From the NCBI GenBank assembly GCA_038823825.1, contig JAWBCC010000003.1, forward strand, positions 101,441 through 133,440: a stretch of 32,000 nt of DNA, written 5' to 3'. Under the pieces are notes generated by a model. It saw only the letters and a list, made by a program, of their open reading frames with translations. It was not told the DNA's origin and made no database searches. Positions 8,383-17,008 of this stretch are shown piece after piece (position 1 is the stretch's first letter; every line of letters begins with the position of its first letter). Position numbers and translations under genes: made by a program. This stretch comes from Candidatus Hadarchaeales archaeon. GTDB lineage: Archaea > Hadarchaeota > Hadarchaeia > Hadarchaeales > Hadarchaeaceae.

Positions 8383-9432
8383 ATGAACGAAATTACTCTG
8401 GAAGACTCTATTATGAAGCTCGTCGAGGAAATAAGATTCTACGAGATCAGAAGGATGAAGCTTATCAAGAAAATTCTGGAGAAAAATGTTTTCTCCAAGC
8501 TGAAAATGAGGATACAAAAGTTGACCATGGACGAAATTTCTGTTTGTGGAGTGGACGGAGGAATGTTGCAGTTGCAGTTGAACGGTTTAGATGTTGTCGC
8601 GATCAGAGCTGTGGCCGTCGTTTTTCATTATCTAGCAGGTAGACTGGCTTCGGTTGAATATTTTCCTTCAGGTCCAGCCCCAATTCATTTCTTTTTGGTC
8701 AAGGAGCCGTTAGACAAAGTTAAGACGGACTCATTGGCAGGCATGAGAAGACAAATACTAGAAGTTTCTAGGGCTAGAGAAGTGATAGGGAAAGGGGCAG
8801 CGCAACTCGTTTTGTTAGATGGATCGATTCTTCCGCAATATGTAGAGAGATTTCAGGATTGCAGGGAGTACGCCGAGCAATATGACGAGCTTATAACCTC
8901 ATATAGAAGGCTTTTCGAGGAAGCAGAAAGCAAGGGCGTTTTGTTGGCCGGCCTTGTGAAGGATAGCAGGGGAAAGAGATTTTGTCAAATGCTTGCAGAG
9001 TTAGCAGAGTTGGACGGAGAAGATAAAGACTTTCTTCTCAGCTACCGCGATATCGCTATTCTCGATGAAATCTTATCCGAGAAAGAGCGTACGATCGCTT
9101 TCCCTTACACCGAGGAATTTCCTCCGCAAACCTTGGGAGGTCTTGAGGATTTCGGTAGAAAAGTTAACGTATTCTATGCGAGGATGTCGCAGTTTGATGT
9201 GCCGTTTCGTGTTGAGTTTTTAGCAACCAGGAATTCTGAAGAAGTTGCGGATGAACTCTCCTCGATCTTGGAATTCCTCTTTTCTTTCGGTTTTGGGTTT
9301 TCGATTCCACCCGTCCTGGTGGAGGCAGATTTCAGAGCGAGATTAAGAGAGGAGGCGGAATGGATCCAAGAAAGGGTTTTCGATGTTATTGGTCCAAGAT
9401 TCTTGACGAGGCGGGATCGGAGACCTCTGTGA
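8383..9432 (+). CDS. nurA: NurA 5'-3' nuclease
   Basis: GVDGGMLQLQLNGLDVVAIRAVAVVF, LLDGSILP, C-terminal EADFRARLREEAE. Directly upstream of herA. Confidence 0.85.
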   Translation: MNEITLEDSIMKLVEEIRFYEIRRMKLIKKILEKNVFSKLKMRIQKLTMDEISVCGVDGGMLQLQLNGLDVVAIRAVAVVFHYLAGRLASVEYFPSGPAPIHFFLVKEPLDKVKTDSLAGMRRQILEVSRAREVIGKGAAQLVLLDGSILPQYVERFQDCREYAEQYDELITSYRRLFEEAESKGVLLAGLVKDSRGKRFCQMLAELAELDGEDKDFLLSYRDIAILDEILSEKERTIAFPYTEEFPPQTLGGLEDFGRKVNVFYARMSQFDVPFRVEFLATRNSEEVADELSSILEFLFSFGFGFSIPPVLVEADFRARLREEAEWIQERVFDVIGPRFLTRRDRRPL

Positions 9433-9441
9433 GGTGGTCTG

Positions 9442-10998
9442 GTGGAGCTAGGTACTGTCATCGCTACGCCCGATGGGCCCACTCCCAGAAAATTCTGCTT
9501 TGTGGTAAAAGAAGGAGTTGTGGTTGGACTAAACAAGTTTGTGAAAGTAGAAGTCGACGGAAACTGGGCTTACGGTTATGTCAAGAACGTTGTGAGAATG
9601 AACAGGTATTTCCAAAAGACCGATGCTGTGTGGGAATATGAAAGAGGGGGAGGATTGAGCGCGGCTTTTCCGACGAGCATGTGGGAATATTCCATCGCAG
9701 AGGTTTGGGTTTTTGGATATTTGAAAGAGGGTTTTCTCAGAAGACCCTCCTTGCCACCATCGCCAGGCAAAGTTGTTTTCGATTTAACGGATGAAGAACT
9801 TAGATTTGTGCTCGGTTTAGACGAAGATGGATTAGAAATTGGGGAACTCGAGGAGCAAAATCTCCTAGTTAGACTTAACCCAACTCGTCTTTTACAGAAA
9901 CATCTCGCCGTGCTCGCGATGTCCGGTGCAGGAAAAAGTAACTGCGCAAAGGTGATTGTGGAGGAGCTTTTGAAGAGAAACCCGGAGAGAGGGAGGCCAG
10001 CAGTTCTGATATTTGACGTTCACGGGGAATATTCTGATCTGGTTCGAAGTTTTCCCGGACAGGTTGTTGAGGTTAAGGCAGAGAACATTAAAATAAATAC
10101 TTCTGAGCTGACGGTTTGGCATTTCCGAGAATTCATTCCAGAAATGACTGGCAGCCAAGCCAGAGAGCTCGCTCAAATACTCGATGATCTCAAATCGAAG
10201 AAAGGATTTTTCGAGATCTGGGACATCATAAATCGTCTACGGGAGTTGGAAGGATTAAACAAGAATCTGAGAGGGGCGTTGGAAGGATGGCTTTTTGACT
10301 TACAATCTCTTGGTATTTTCGGCAGAGAAGACTGTCCTAGATGGGACTCGCTGATTTTTCCAGGACGCGCAGTTGTGGTGAACATGGAAAGGATGACGAG
10401 TCTGACGAAGAAGCAGATTCTGCTGACATACATTGTTAACAGGATTTTCCATCTGCGGAGGAGAGGACTAGTCCCACCGATAGTTCTGGTGATCGAAGAA
10501 GCACACACTTTTGCCCCAACGGAAGCAGCGATTTCTAAACATGTTCTGGAGACGGTCGCAAGGGAAGGAAGAAAATTCCACATTTCGCTCGTTGTCATTT
10601 CCCAGCGACCTGTTAGGCTTTCGACCACGTTGCTCTCGCAAACGAACACGAATATAATCTTAAGGATAACGAATCCATATGATCTTGAACACATAAAGAA
10701 ATCTTCCGAAATGGTGACCGGGGAGGTGGCAGAATCTATATCTAGTTTAGCTGTTGGTGAAGCACTTGTCGTTGGAGAAGCCGTGAACGTTCCAATCTTC
10801 GTTAGAATCAGGCGAGTATCATCACCCATCTCCTTTGAATTTAGCTTGGAAGAAGCAGCAAGACTTTACGAGCTTTCGCTTTCCGTCGGAATTGAGAGAA
10901 CTGCGAAAGAAGAGCACTCATCGAGCCTTAGTATGACATCTGACGGAAGCACCTGTTCCTCCGCATACTCGTCCAGAACCGGTGAGAGATCGACATGA
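9442..10998 (+). CDS. herA: HerA-family bipolar DNA helicase/ATPase
   Basis: LAMSGAGKSNCAKVIVEELLKR (Walker A), PPIVLVIEEAHTF (Walker B), VFDVHGEYSDL, VISQRPVRLSTTLLSQTNTNIILRITNPYD. Confidence 0.93.
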   Translation: MELGTVIATPDGPTPRKFCFVVKEGVVVGLNKFVKVEVDGNWAYGYVKNVVRMNRYFQKTDAVWEYERGGGLSAAFPTSMWEYSIAEVWVFGYLKEGFLRRPSLPPSPGKVVFDLTDEELRFVLGLDEDGLEIGELEEQNLLVRLNPTRLLQKHLAVLAMSGAGKSNCAKVIVEELLKRNPERGRPAVLIFDVHGEYSDLVRSFPGQVVEVKAENIKINTSELTVWHFREFIPEMTGSQARELAQILDDLKSKKGFFEIWDIINRLRELEGLNKNLRGALEGWLFDLQSLGIFGREDCPRWDSLIFPGRAVVVNMERMTSLTKKQILLTYIVNRIFHLRRRGLVPPIVLVIEEAHTFAPTEAAISKHVLETVAREGRKFHISLVVISQRPVRLSTTLLSQTNTNIILRITNPYDLEHIKKSSEMVTGEVAESISSLAVGEALVVGEAVNVPIFVRIRRVSSPISFEFSLEEAARLYELSLSVGIERTAKEEHSSSLSMTSDGSTCSSAYSSRTGERST

Positions 10999-11519
10999 AA
11001 GAAATTGAGAGTGATGCAGCTCTCGATCGGTTCTTGAGTGCAAGGAAGGGAGCCGGTTGTCCGAAAACGCCTATACTGCTGAACGGCTCTGCGGAGTAAT
11101 TGATGTTCGCCTTTTAAGAATTCCTTCCCTACGAGTTTTGCATTTAGACCCTCCAAAATTTCGGAGCAGAGCTCTTCCTCAATGGAAACGACCGGAAATC
11201 CTAAATGAGAAGCTAATAAAATCGTTCTGAGATCCGTAAGAGATATTTCTCGTTCCTCGAGGAAAAGCAATCTTCTGGCCAGCTCGTCCAAGATCTCTGG
11301 CAGATAAAGGGCGAAGATTTCGCCGTTTCGCAAAAGCTGGTTTACAAATGTATATTTTATGACGTGCTTTCTTACTTGAATCAGTTTATCTCTGGCCAGC
11401 CAAGAATACGTAACTGAAGGTATGAAAAGGTCTCCATCTAGGAGAAGACGTACCCTTCTGAAATTCTGGAAAGAAGAGAGAATCCCAACATCGCAGACAG
11501 CTCCGTATCTAAACATCAA
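10866..11519 (-). CDS. Uncharacterised protein, weakly PIN-like
   Basis: 217-aa ORF with coherent composition; SLTDLRTILLASHLGFPVVSIEEEL resembles the middle of PIN-like folds. The C-terminal part overlaps herA convergently by about 133 nt. Confidence 0.5.
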   Translation of the reverse strand: MMFRYGAVCDVGILSSFQNFRRVRLLLDGDLFIPSVTYSWLARDKLIQVRKHVIKYTFVNQLLRNGEIFALYLPEILDELARRLLFLEEREISLTDLRTILLASHLGFPVVSIEEELCSEILEGLNAKLVGKEFLKGEHQLLRRAVQQYRRFRTTGSLPCTQEPIESCITLNFFHVDLSPVLDEYAEEQVLPSDVILRLDECSSFAVLSIPTESESS

Positions 11520-11557
11520 CTGGCTTTTAAAACGAGGAGGTTAAATAATCCGAACAT

Positions 11558-12484
11558 TTAAAAATCAAGTCTTATTTTCTGGTTTTTTATGAACTTCAGA
11601 ACCTCCTCGAGTGTTGGCATGGAGGGCATTGCTCCGATTTTTGTCACAACCAAGCTTCCCACCGCGTTGGCGAAGATGGCAGTTTTTCTCACATCCCATC
11701 CTTTCAGAGTTCCATAAATAGCGCCTCCCATAAATCCATCTCCTGCTCCAGTTCTATCTACCACTTCAACGTCGGGCACACCCAGATATCCTCTTTGATC
11801 CCCCTCCGCGTAGTAACATCCTTTTGGACCCAGTGTGAGGAAAACCCTCCTCGCGTATCTTAAAACCTTGTTGACCCCTCTCTCTATGTCTTCCCCAAAA
11901 AGAAAGCGTAACTCTTCGTCATTCATTTTGACAATATCAGCCATCATAAGACCTTGCACGATCATCCTCTTTGCCTTAGTTTCGCTATCCCACAAGTTCA
12001 GCCTGAGATTAGGGTCAAAGGAAATTATCGCCCTGTTTTTCCTTGCGACTTCTATGGCTTTCAAAGTTGCACTCCTTGAGGGTTCACAAATCATAGAAAT
12101 GCTGCCAAAATGGAAAATCCTGCAGCCCGCGAGCTTTTCTCTGTCGATTTCCGATGGTTTGAGATTCGCATCAGCGCCTCTTCTAAACTCAAACCTCCGC
12201 TCCCCCGTTTCATCAACGAAGACGAATGCTAGAGTAGTCCCGATTTTATCTTTCAAGATTCCATCGACATCGACTCCAGCTTCGCTCATAGTTTTTATCA
12301 AAAATCTTCCAAATTGGTCATCTCCAACCTTCCCGATGAATGCGGTTTTTAGTCCGAGTCTTGCACACGCAACGGCAACGTTTGCTGGGGCACCTCCTGC
12401 ACAACAGGTGAAAGTCTTACCTCCATCCTTCGAAATCATATCCACCAAAAGTTCTCCCAAGCATATGACGTCAAGACGCTTCAT
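11558..12484 (-). CDS. PfkB-family carbohydrate kinase
   Basis: CLGELLVDMIS, CCAGGAPANVAVACARLG, VVDRTGAGDGFMGGAIYG. SD-like AAGGAG upstream. Confidence 0.93.
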   Translation of the reverse strand: MKRLDVICLGELLVDMISKDGGKTFTCCAGGAPANVAVACARLGLKTAFIGKVGDDQFGRFLIKTMSEAGVDVDGILKDKIGTTLAFVFVDETGERRFEFRRGADANLKPSEIDREKLAGCRIFHFGSISMICEPSRSATLKAIEVARKNRAIISFDPNLRLNLWDSETKAKRMIVQGLMMADIVKMNDEELRFLFGEDIERGVNKVLRYARRVFLTLGPKGCYYAEGDQRGYLGVPDVEVVDRTGAGDGFMGGAIYGTLKGWDVRKTAIFANAVGSLVVTKIGAMPSMPTLEEVLKFIKNQKIRLDF

Positions 12485-12676
12485 CTTTTCTCCTTCAAAG
12501 GCTGCCTTTTTATTTCTTCCCTATAAACCCATCAAAACAAAGAGTGAAAGCGGAGCATTAAGAGTATTACCTTTTAAGAGTAATCCCCATACCGCCGGCT
12601 TCAATGATTCGCCGTAGGGGTAAAAATAAATTGCATATATATGGGAGTTTCACCCAATTTCTTCAGGGTGAATGGA

Positions 12677-13096
12677 ATGCAAATCAGAGTAAATCTCACA
12701 TACATCTCGGCGGAAAGATTGATGGAGCCCGGGGAGACCGGTCCGCCTCAGGTACAGATCTCCACGAATGTGAATATCATCGGTGCTGAATTTAAACGAG
12801 AAAACTTGGTAATCCCCTTTATAGTGACCATAAACTATTCCCCTTCTATTGCTCAGATAAGCATGAAAGGTCAAGCATTTATCTCGGGTGAACCGGACGA
12901 ACTGAAAAAGATAGAGACTGGATATAAGGGAAAATCCCCACCATCTCCGCAAATACTACAAGCCATAACGAGTGCATCCTTGATCGAAGCGACAATCATT
13001 TCAAGATCCCTAAACATACCCCCACCACTTCCTCTGCCTTCCATCTCTCAGCAGATGAAATCCGAGGATAAGGAGAAACCGTCCTATGTTGGTTGA
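12677..13096 (+). CDS. Conserved archaeal small protein of unknown function
   Basis: MQIRVNLTYISAERL...STNVNI...LVIPFIVTINYSPSIAQISMKGQAFISG...LQAITSASLIEATIISRSLNIPPPLPLP. AGGGTG precedes ATG 12677 (track ORF starts at 12641). Confidence 0.65.
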   Translation: MQIRVNLTYISAERLMEPGETGPPQVQISTNVNIIGAEFKRENLVIPFIVTINYSPSIAQISMKGQAFISGEPDELKKIETGYKGKSPPSPQILQAITSASLIEATIISRSLNIPPPLPLPSISQQMKSEDKEKPSYVG

Positions 13097-13217
13097 GGGT
13101 TCCTGTAGGTTGGACCCGGCAAACTGGCTCCCGGCCGCCATGCCCTGCAGGAGCTCTGGAGTCTCTCCAGCCATGGCTGCAGGTCCACCAGCCGGGACCA
13201 GGTCGATAGGTCCGTTC
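13097..13217. ncRNA. Candidate structured ncRNA or RNA element (strand unresolved)
   Basis: GC-rich inter-ORF interval with nested complementarity: 13115-13120/13191-13196 (CCCGGC/GCCGGG), 13144-13150/13177-13183 (CCTGCAG/CTGCAGG), 13156-13161/13165-13170 (CTGGAG-TCT-CTCCAG), plus flanking 13110-13113/13198-13201. Confidence 0.45.
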
Positions 13218-13234
13218 CAAGATAGGTAGATTAA

Positions 13235-13504
13235 ATGGAAGTAGTGGTGAGACTTCATCCAAGCCTCAAATCCGAAATAGGAACATGCGAGGTCAGAGTG
13301 CAGATATCAGATTATGAGACAATTGATACGCTTATGATGAAAATAAGTCGCAGATATCCGAAGCTCCTAGAAATGGTTATCGATCCAACTACGGGTGACA
13401 TAAGAACAGACTTCGAGATTTTATTAAACGGCCGGAGGATAAAAGATATCCATACAAAGCTAAAGCACAAGGACGAGATTTCTGTAAATCCGGTTCAAAC
13501 TTAA
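13235..13504 (+). CDS. MoaD/ThiS-like ubiquitin-fold protein without C-terminal GG
   Basis: 89 aa; IDTLMMKISRRYPKLLEMV...DFEILLNGRRI...TKLKHKDEISVNPV is the beta-grasp/MoaD pattern. Terminates in VNPVQT. Confidence 0.65.
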   Translation: MEVVVRLHPSLKSEIGTCEVRVQISDYETIDTLMMKISRRYPKLLEMVIDPTTGDIRTDFEILLNGRRIKDIHTKLKHKDEISVNPVQT

Positions 13505-14700
13505 AGTTTCTTTTTCATGGTGAGTTCAATCATTTTTTCAATTTCCATTTTAAGCGGTTCTGGGAGATCTGTGAGAATATTCGGATTCATAAAACCCTTC
13601 ACTATGAGAGATCTTGCCTCGTCTTCTGAGAAGCCACGAGACATGAGGTAAAAAATTTGTTCCTCCGCGATCTTTCCCACCGCCGCCTCATGTGAGAGTT
13701 CCGTCCCCTCGACCTCGGCTATAAGTTCCGGAAACGCTCTGATCACAGCACCTTCTGAAAGTATCAATCCCATGCACTCCAGGTGCCCCCGACTCTCCTT
13801 ATCTTTCCCGATTAGCAGTCCCCTGGCAGTCATATCAGCCCGGTCGGCCGCAACAGATCTCGAAATTATTTCACCCCTACTTTTCTTTCCTTCCAAGAGT
13901 ATCTTTGTCCCAGCGTCTATCTTAGATTCTCCAGAGCCGTAGATTATGGAATTGAAAACAGCTCTTGACCCATCCCCGCGACAGTAGGCGGTTGGAAACA
14001 TCTGTAGACTTCTGACAGGCTTCAACGAAACATAGTTGCTCACAAACGTAGCACCATCTTCGAGCAATACTCCGGTTCTCGGTCTGACAATCAGTTCTTC
14101 TCCCCACGCGTGGATCATCGTGAATGTCAGTTTTGCGTTTTCTTTGACGAAAAATTCGGAAATTCCAACGTGTAGCCCACTGCGAACATTTGGATGCACG
14201 GTACAACCGGTTATTATATGTGCTTCCGACCCTGGCTCGGCGAGTATCACATTGTGTACATTTTGGTCCAAATTGTTTGTGGAGATGAAAAGACATGCTT
14301 GTAGTGGCAGCGTTATTTTTTGATTTTCAAAAATCCTGATGAAATAACCGTTGTCCCATTCATTTGCTGCCAATCGGGTGTATTCATCCGCTTCTTTGTC
14401 GATGATCGACCAGACAAATTTTTCAAGCCATTTATATTTTTTCATGGCATCCCTCACGCTCATGATTTCAGCCTTTCCTTCGAAAGCTTTCTGGATCCTT
14501 GAGAACACAACAGAATGATCTATCTGAAAATACGCCCCGGATCTATCATTCATATCTGGCCTAACTCCGACCTCTTGCGCTCTTTCAGCTATATCCCTTG
14601 GGAGCTCAGAAAGCTGGCAGGGACCCCAAGCCTTAGCTGTTCTCTTAAATTTCCACCCCTCGCCAATCAACACCTCTTCTCCAGACATTTTTCGCACCAT
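13501..14700 (-). CDS. SufB/SufD-family Fe-S cluster scaffold protein
   Basis: Encoded beside SufC; C-terminal region EVEGTELSHEAAVGKIAEEQIFYLMSRGFSEDEARSLIVKGFMNP is SufBD-characteristic. Confidence 0.92.
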   Translation of the reverse strand: MVRKMSGEEVLIGEGWKFKRTAKAWGPCQLSELPRDIAERAQEVGVRPDMNDRSGAYFQIDHSVVFSRIQKAFEGKAEIMSVRDAMKKYKWLEKFVWSIIDKEADEYTRLAANEWDNGYFIRIFENQKITLPLQACLFISTNNLDQNVHNVILAEPGSEAHIITGCTVHPNVRSGLHVGISEFFVKENAKLTFTMIHAWGEELIVRPRTGVLLEDGATFVSNYVSLKPVRSLQMFPTAYCRGDGSRAVFNSIIYGSGESKIDAGTKILLEGKKSRGEIISRSVAADRADMTARGLLIGKDKESRGHLECMGLILSEGAVIRAFPELIAEVEGTELSHEAAVGKIAEEQIFYLMSRGFSEDEARSLIVKGFMNPNILTDLPEPLKMEIEKMIELTMKKKL

Positions 14701-15383
14701 TTGTATCCGTTTCTCATTATTTGGTTAAAGATCTTCTCAGGATCGCCACTGCAAGCGACGGTACCATTTATAATAACGTGTGCCCTGTGAACTCTTACAT
14801 GTTTCAAAATGTGCCCCGTGTGTGTGACAAGTAAACCGCTTCTTTCTTCGAGGAATTCTCCTATGATCCTACCTATCGCGTGTAAGTTCTCTACGTCGAC
14901 CCCCGAATCTGGTTCATCAAATATAGCAAACTTCGGATTTTGTGCCATTACCTGCAGGATCTCCGAACGCTTGATTTCACCGCCCGAAAATCCTACATTG
15001 AGATCGCGTTCTAGAATCTCCTGCGATAGGTTAAGACTTCGCGTCAATCCAAGTATTCTCTCCTCATTACTCAGTCTGGTTACAATGGTTTTCAGTTTGA
15101 CACCTTTCACGGCGGGTGGCGACTGATAGGCTACGCCAAGCCCAAGTTTAACGCGTTCATTAAGCGGCAGGTTCGTTATATCTCGACCGTCAAAGATTAT
15201 TCTCCCGCTTACAACTTTGTAAGCTGGGTGACCGAGAATACTCATAATCAGCGAAGACTTCCCTGAACCATTAGGTCCGAAGATCACATGTACTTCTCCG
15301 CTAGGAATTTCTAACTCTACATCGTGAAGTATTTTCCTTCCAGCGATTTCAACTGAAAGTTTTTCGATCTTCAACATGTCCAT
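14667..15383 (-). CDS. sufC: SufC-like ABC ATPase
   Basis: VHVIFGPNGSGKSSLIMSILGHPAYKV (Walker A), VGFSGGEIKRSEILQVMAQNPKFAIFDEPDSGVD. Start trimmed from 15461 to a Met near MDMLKIEKLSVEI. Confidence 0.9.
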   Translation of the reverse strand: MDMLKIEKLSVEIAGRKILHDVELEIPSGEVHVIFGPNGSGKSSLIMSILGHPAYKVVSGRIIFDGRDITNLPLNERVKLGLGVAYQSPPAVKGVKLKTIVTRLSNEERILGLTRSLNLSQEILERDLNVGFSGGEIKRSEILQVMAQNPKFAIFDEPDSGVDVENLHAIGRIIGEFLEERSGLLVTHTGHILKHVRVHRAHVIINGTVACSGDPEKIFNQIMRNGYKWCEKCLEKRC

Positions 15384-15466
15384 AAAAACTCTGTCAATTT
15401 CGTTTATATGAATGAAGTTTCTTTCTCGAAGCAGAGATATTAACATACGTTGTGTGAACATTCATT

Positions 15467-16075
15467 GTGCAGCCAGAGGTTGTTTTCGTCGGCAGGTCGA
15501 ATGTTGGCAAGTCCAGCCTGATAAGAGCACTTACGGGACTGCAGGTCAGAGTGGGAAGAAGACCCGGACTCACTAGGAGAATTTTGAGGTATCCTCTTGA
15601 TGGTCTCTCGATTGTTGATATGCCAGGTTTTGGCTTCATGGCTGGTTTACCCAGAAAAGTTCAAGAAAAAGTAAAAACGCAAATTGTCAGATATCTGGAG
15701 GGGAATAAGGAAAAGATACTCTTTGCCATAGAGGTTCTCGATGTCAGAGCGTTTTTAGAAATATGCAAGCGATGGGAGAAAAGAAACCAGATTCCAGTGG
15801 ATGTTGAGATGTTTTATTTCCTCGATGAGTTGGGTCTTGATCCGATTTTGGCGATCAACAAAATTGACATCATCCATCCGCTAGATAGAGATTTCATTTT
15901 GGATGCTATTTGCGAAAAACTTGGTATGTTGCCTCCTTGGCGGCAATGGCTAGACATAGTAGTTCCAGTTTCAGCGAGAACTGGCGAGGGCCTAAAGGAG
16001 CTTCGAGCTCTTATACTCGATAGGCTCAAAAGAAAGAAAGCGGAACATTTGATAAAGTGTTTTAAGAAGTTCTGA
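15467..16075 (+). CDS. engB: EngB/YihA-like GTP-binding protein
   Basis: EVVFVGRSNVGKSSLIRALTG, RRPGLTRR, VDMPGFGF, AINKID. GTG start. Confidence 0.92.
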   Translation: MQPEVVFVGRSNVGKSSLIRALTGLQVRVGRRPGLTRRILRYPLDGLSIVDMPGFGFMAGLPRKVQEKVKTQIVRYLEGNKEKILFAIEVLDVRAFLEICKRWEKRNQIPVDVEMFYFLDELGLDPILAINKIDIIHPLDRDFILDAICEKLGMLPPWRQWLDIVVPVSARTGEGLKELRALILDRLKRKKAEHLIKCFKKF

Positions 16076-16958
16076 TTTCGGAAAACGCAGGCACTTTAAC
16101 CATTTTTTCCAGAATCGTGGAAAGATCGAAGGGGAGCTTTTCACCTTTTCTCAAATTCTCAACTGCGAGAAGGGTTTCCAATCCTATTTTTATCATGTCT
16201 TCCTCCAGCTTTGATTTCTTGATATCTTCCTTAAGCTCTATGGGTCCACTCTCTCCGGGCGATGCGAGAATCGCGAGAATCTCGCCCACGCGAATTTTCC
16301 CGGCTCTTTTCATCTGATAGAAATCTCTGAGAATACAGTAGACAGAAAACTCCATTGAGCTTGCAAGTACTCCCATTTGCTTGTATGAGTCAAGCTTGGG
16401 TTTCAAGATCTCGTAGAGAGGAGAGAAATATGGTGTTTCTCTGAAGTATAAGTCATCTTTAACGTGTGTGATACCAATCCATAGATTTCGCAAAAATTCA
16501 TAGCCGTACATTTCCGCGGTTCCCACAATTATCGGAACCAGTTCTGGATCGGCAATCGCTGGAAATTCTGCTCCGACCACGGCTTGGGTGGTTCTCTCAT
16601 CCCTCACACAACCAGTTGTTATAACAAGATGACCTGGCTTGACAAAGTTTTGAAGTGCGCCAGCTGTACCGAGTCTTAAAATCGTTAATGGACCTTCTGT
16701 CAATTCGATAGCTTCTGGGAGAGTTATCGCAGCACTCGCCGGACCCATACCCGTTGCGAAAGCAGAAACCATGATTCCCTTGTATTCGCCGTGAACTACG
16801 GTCAGACCTCTGTCTCCATCGATTATCTCCGAATTTTTAAGATACTTGCTGATTTTTCTCACTCTTCCTGGAGATCCGGCTGTAAGAATATTTGGGTAAA
16901 ATTTTTCAGACTCGAGGTGATATGCCTTGCCAGTAGGTGTTTTGAAAGTTATCCTCAT
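16062..16958 (-). CDS. Uridine phosphorylase / nucleoside phosphorylase family
   Basis: ILTAGSPGRVRKISKYL, GVMVSAFATGMGPASAAITLPE-type region, LRLGTAGALQ, MGVLASSMEFSVY. AGGAGG precedes ATG 16958 (track ORF starts at 17063). Confidence 0.85.
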   Translation of the reverse strand: MRITFKTPTGKAYHLESEKFYPNILTAGSPGRVRKISKYLKNSEIIDGDRGLTVVHGEYKGIMVSAFATGMGPASAAITLPEAIELTEGPLTILRLGTAGALQNFVKPGHLVITTGCVRDERTTQAVVGAEFPAIADPELVPIIVGTAEMYGYEFLRNLWIGITHVKDDLYFRETPYFSPLYEILKPKLDSYKQMGVLASSMEFSVYCILRDFYQMKRAGKIRVGEILAILASPGESGPIELKEDIKKSKLEEDMIKIGLETLLAVENLRKGEKLPFDLSTILEKMVKVPAFSEIRTS

Positions 16959-17008
16959 TTCCTCCTTATAAATTTTGTCTGCAATGTTAATAAACCACAA
17001 GAAGTAAG

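Noticed and set aside
10173-10829. 218-aa antisense ORF inside herA
   Set aside because: It lies opposite conserved HerA ATPase sequence and is Ser/Thr/Ile-rich without motifs.
11835-12617. 260-aa plus-strand ORF opposite the pfkB kinase gene
   Set aside because: The minus-strand kinase is motif-complete and has an SD; the plus ORF is a shadow frame.
12560-12618. Weak inverted repeats between pfkB and the 12677 gene (ATTAC...GTAAT, CGGC...GCCG)
   Set aside because: Stems of only 4-5 bp in a promoter-like AT-rich region; not distinguishable from chance.
12996-13262. Minus-strand ORFs of 82 and 88 aa over the second structured interval
   Set aside because: No recognisable motifs. They overlap both flanking plus-strand genes and lie on strong nested palindromes.
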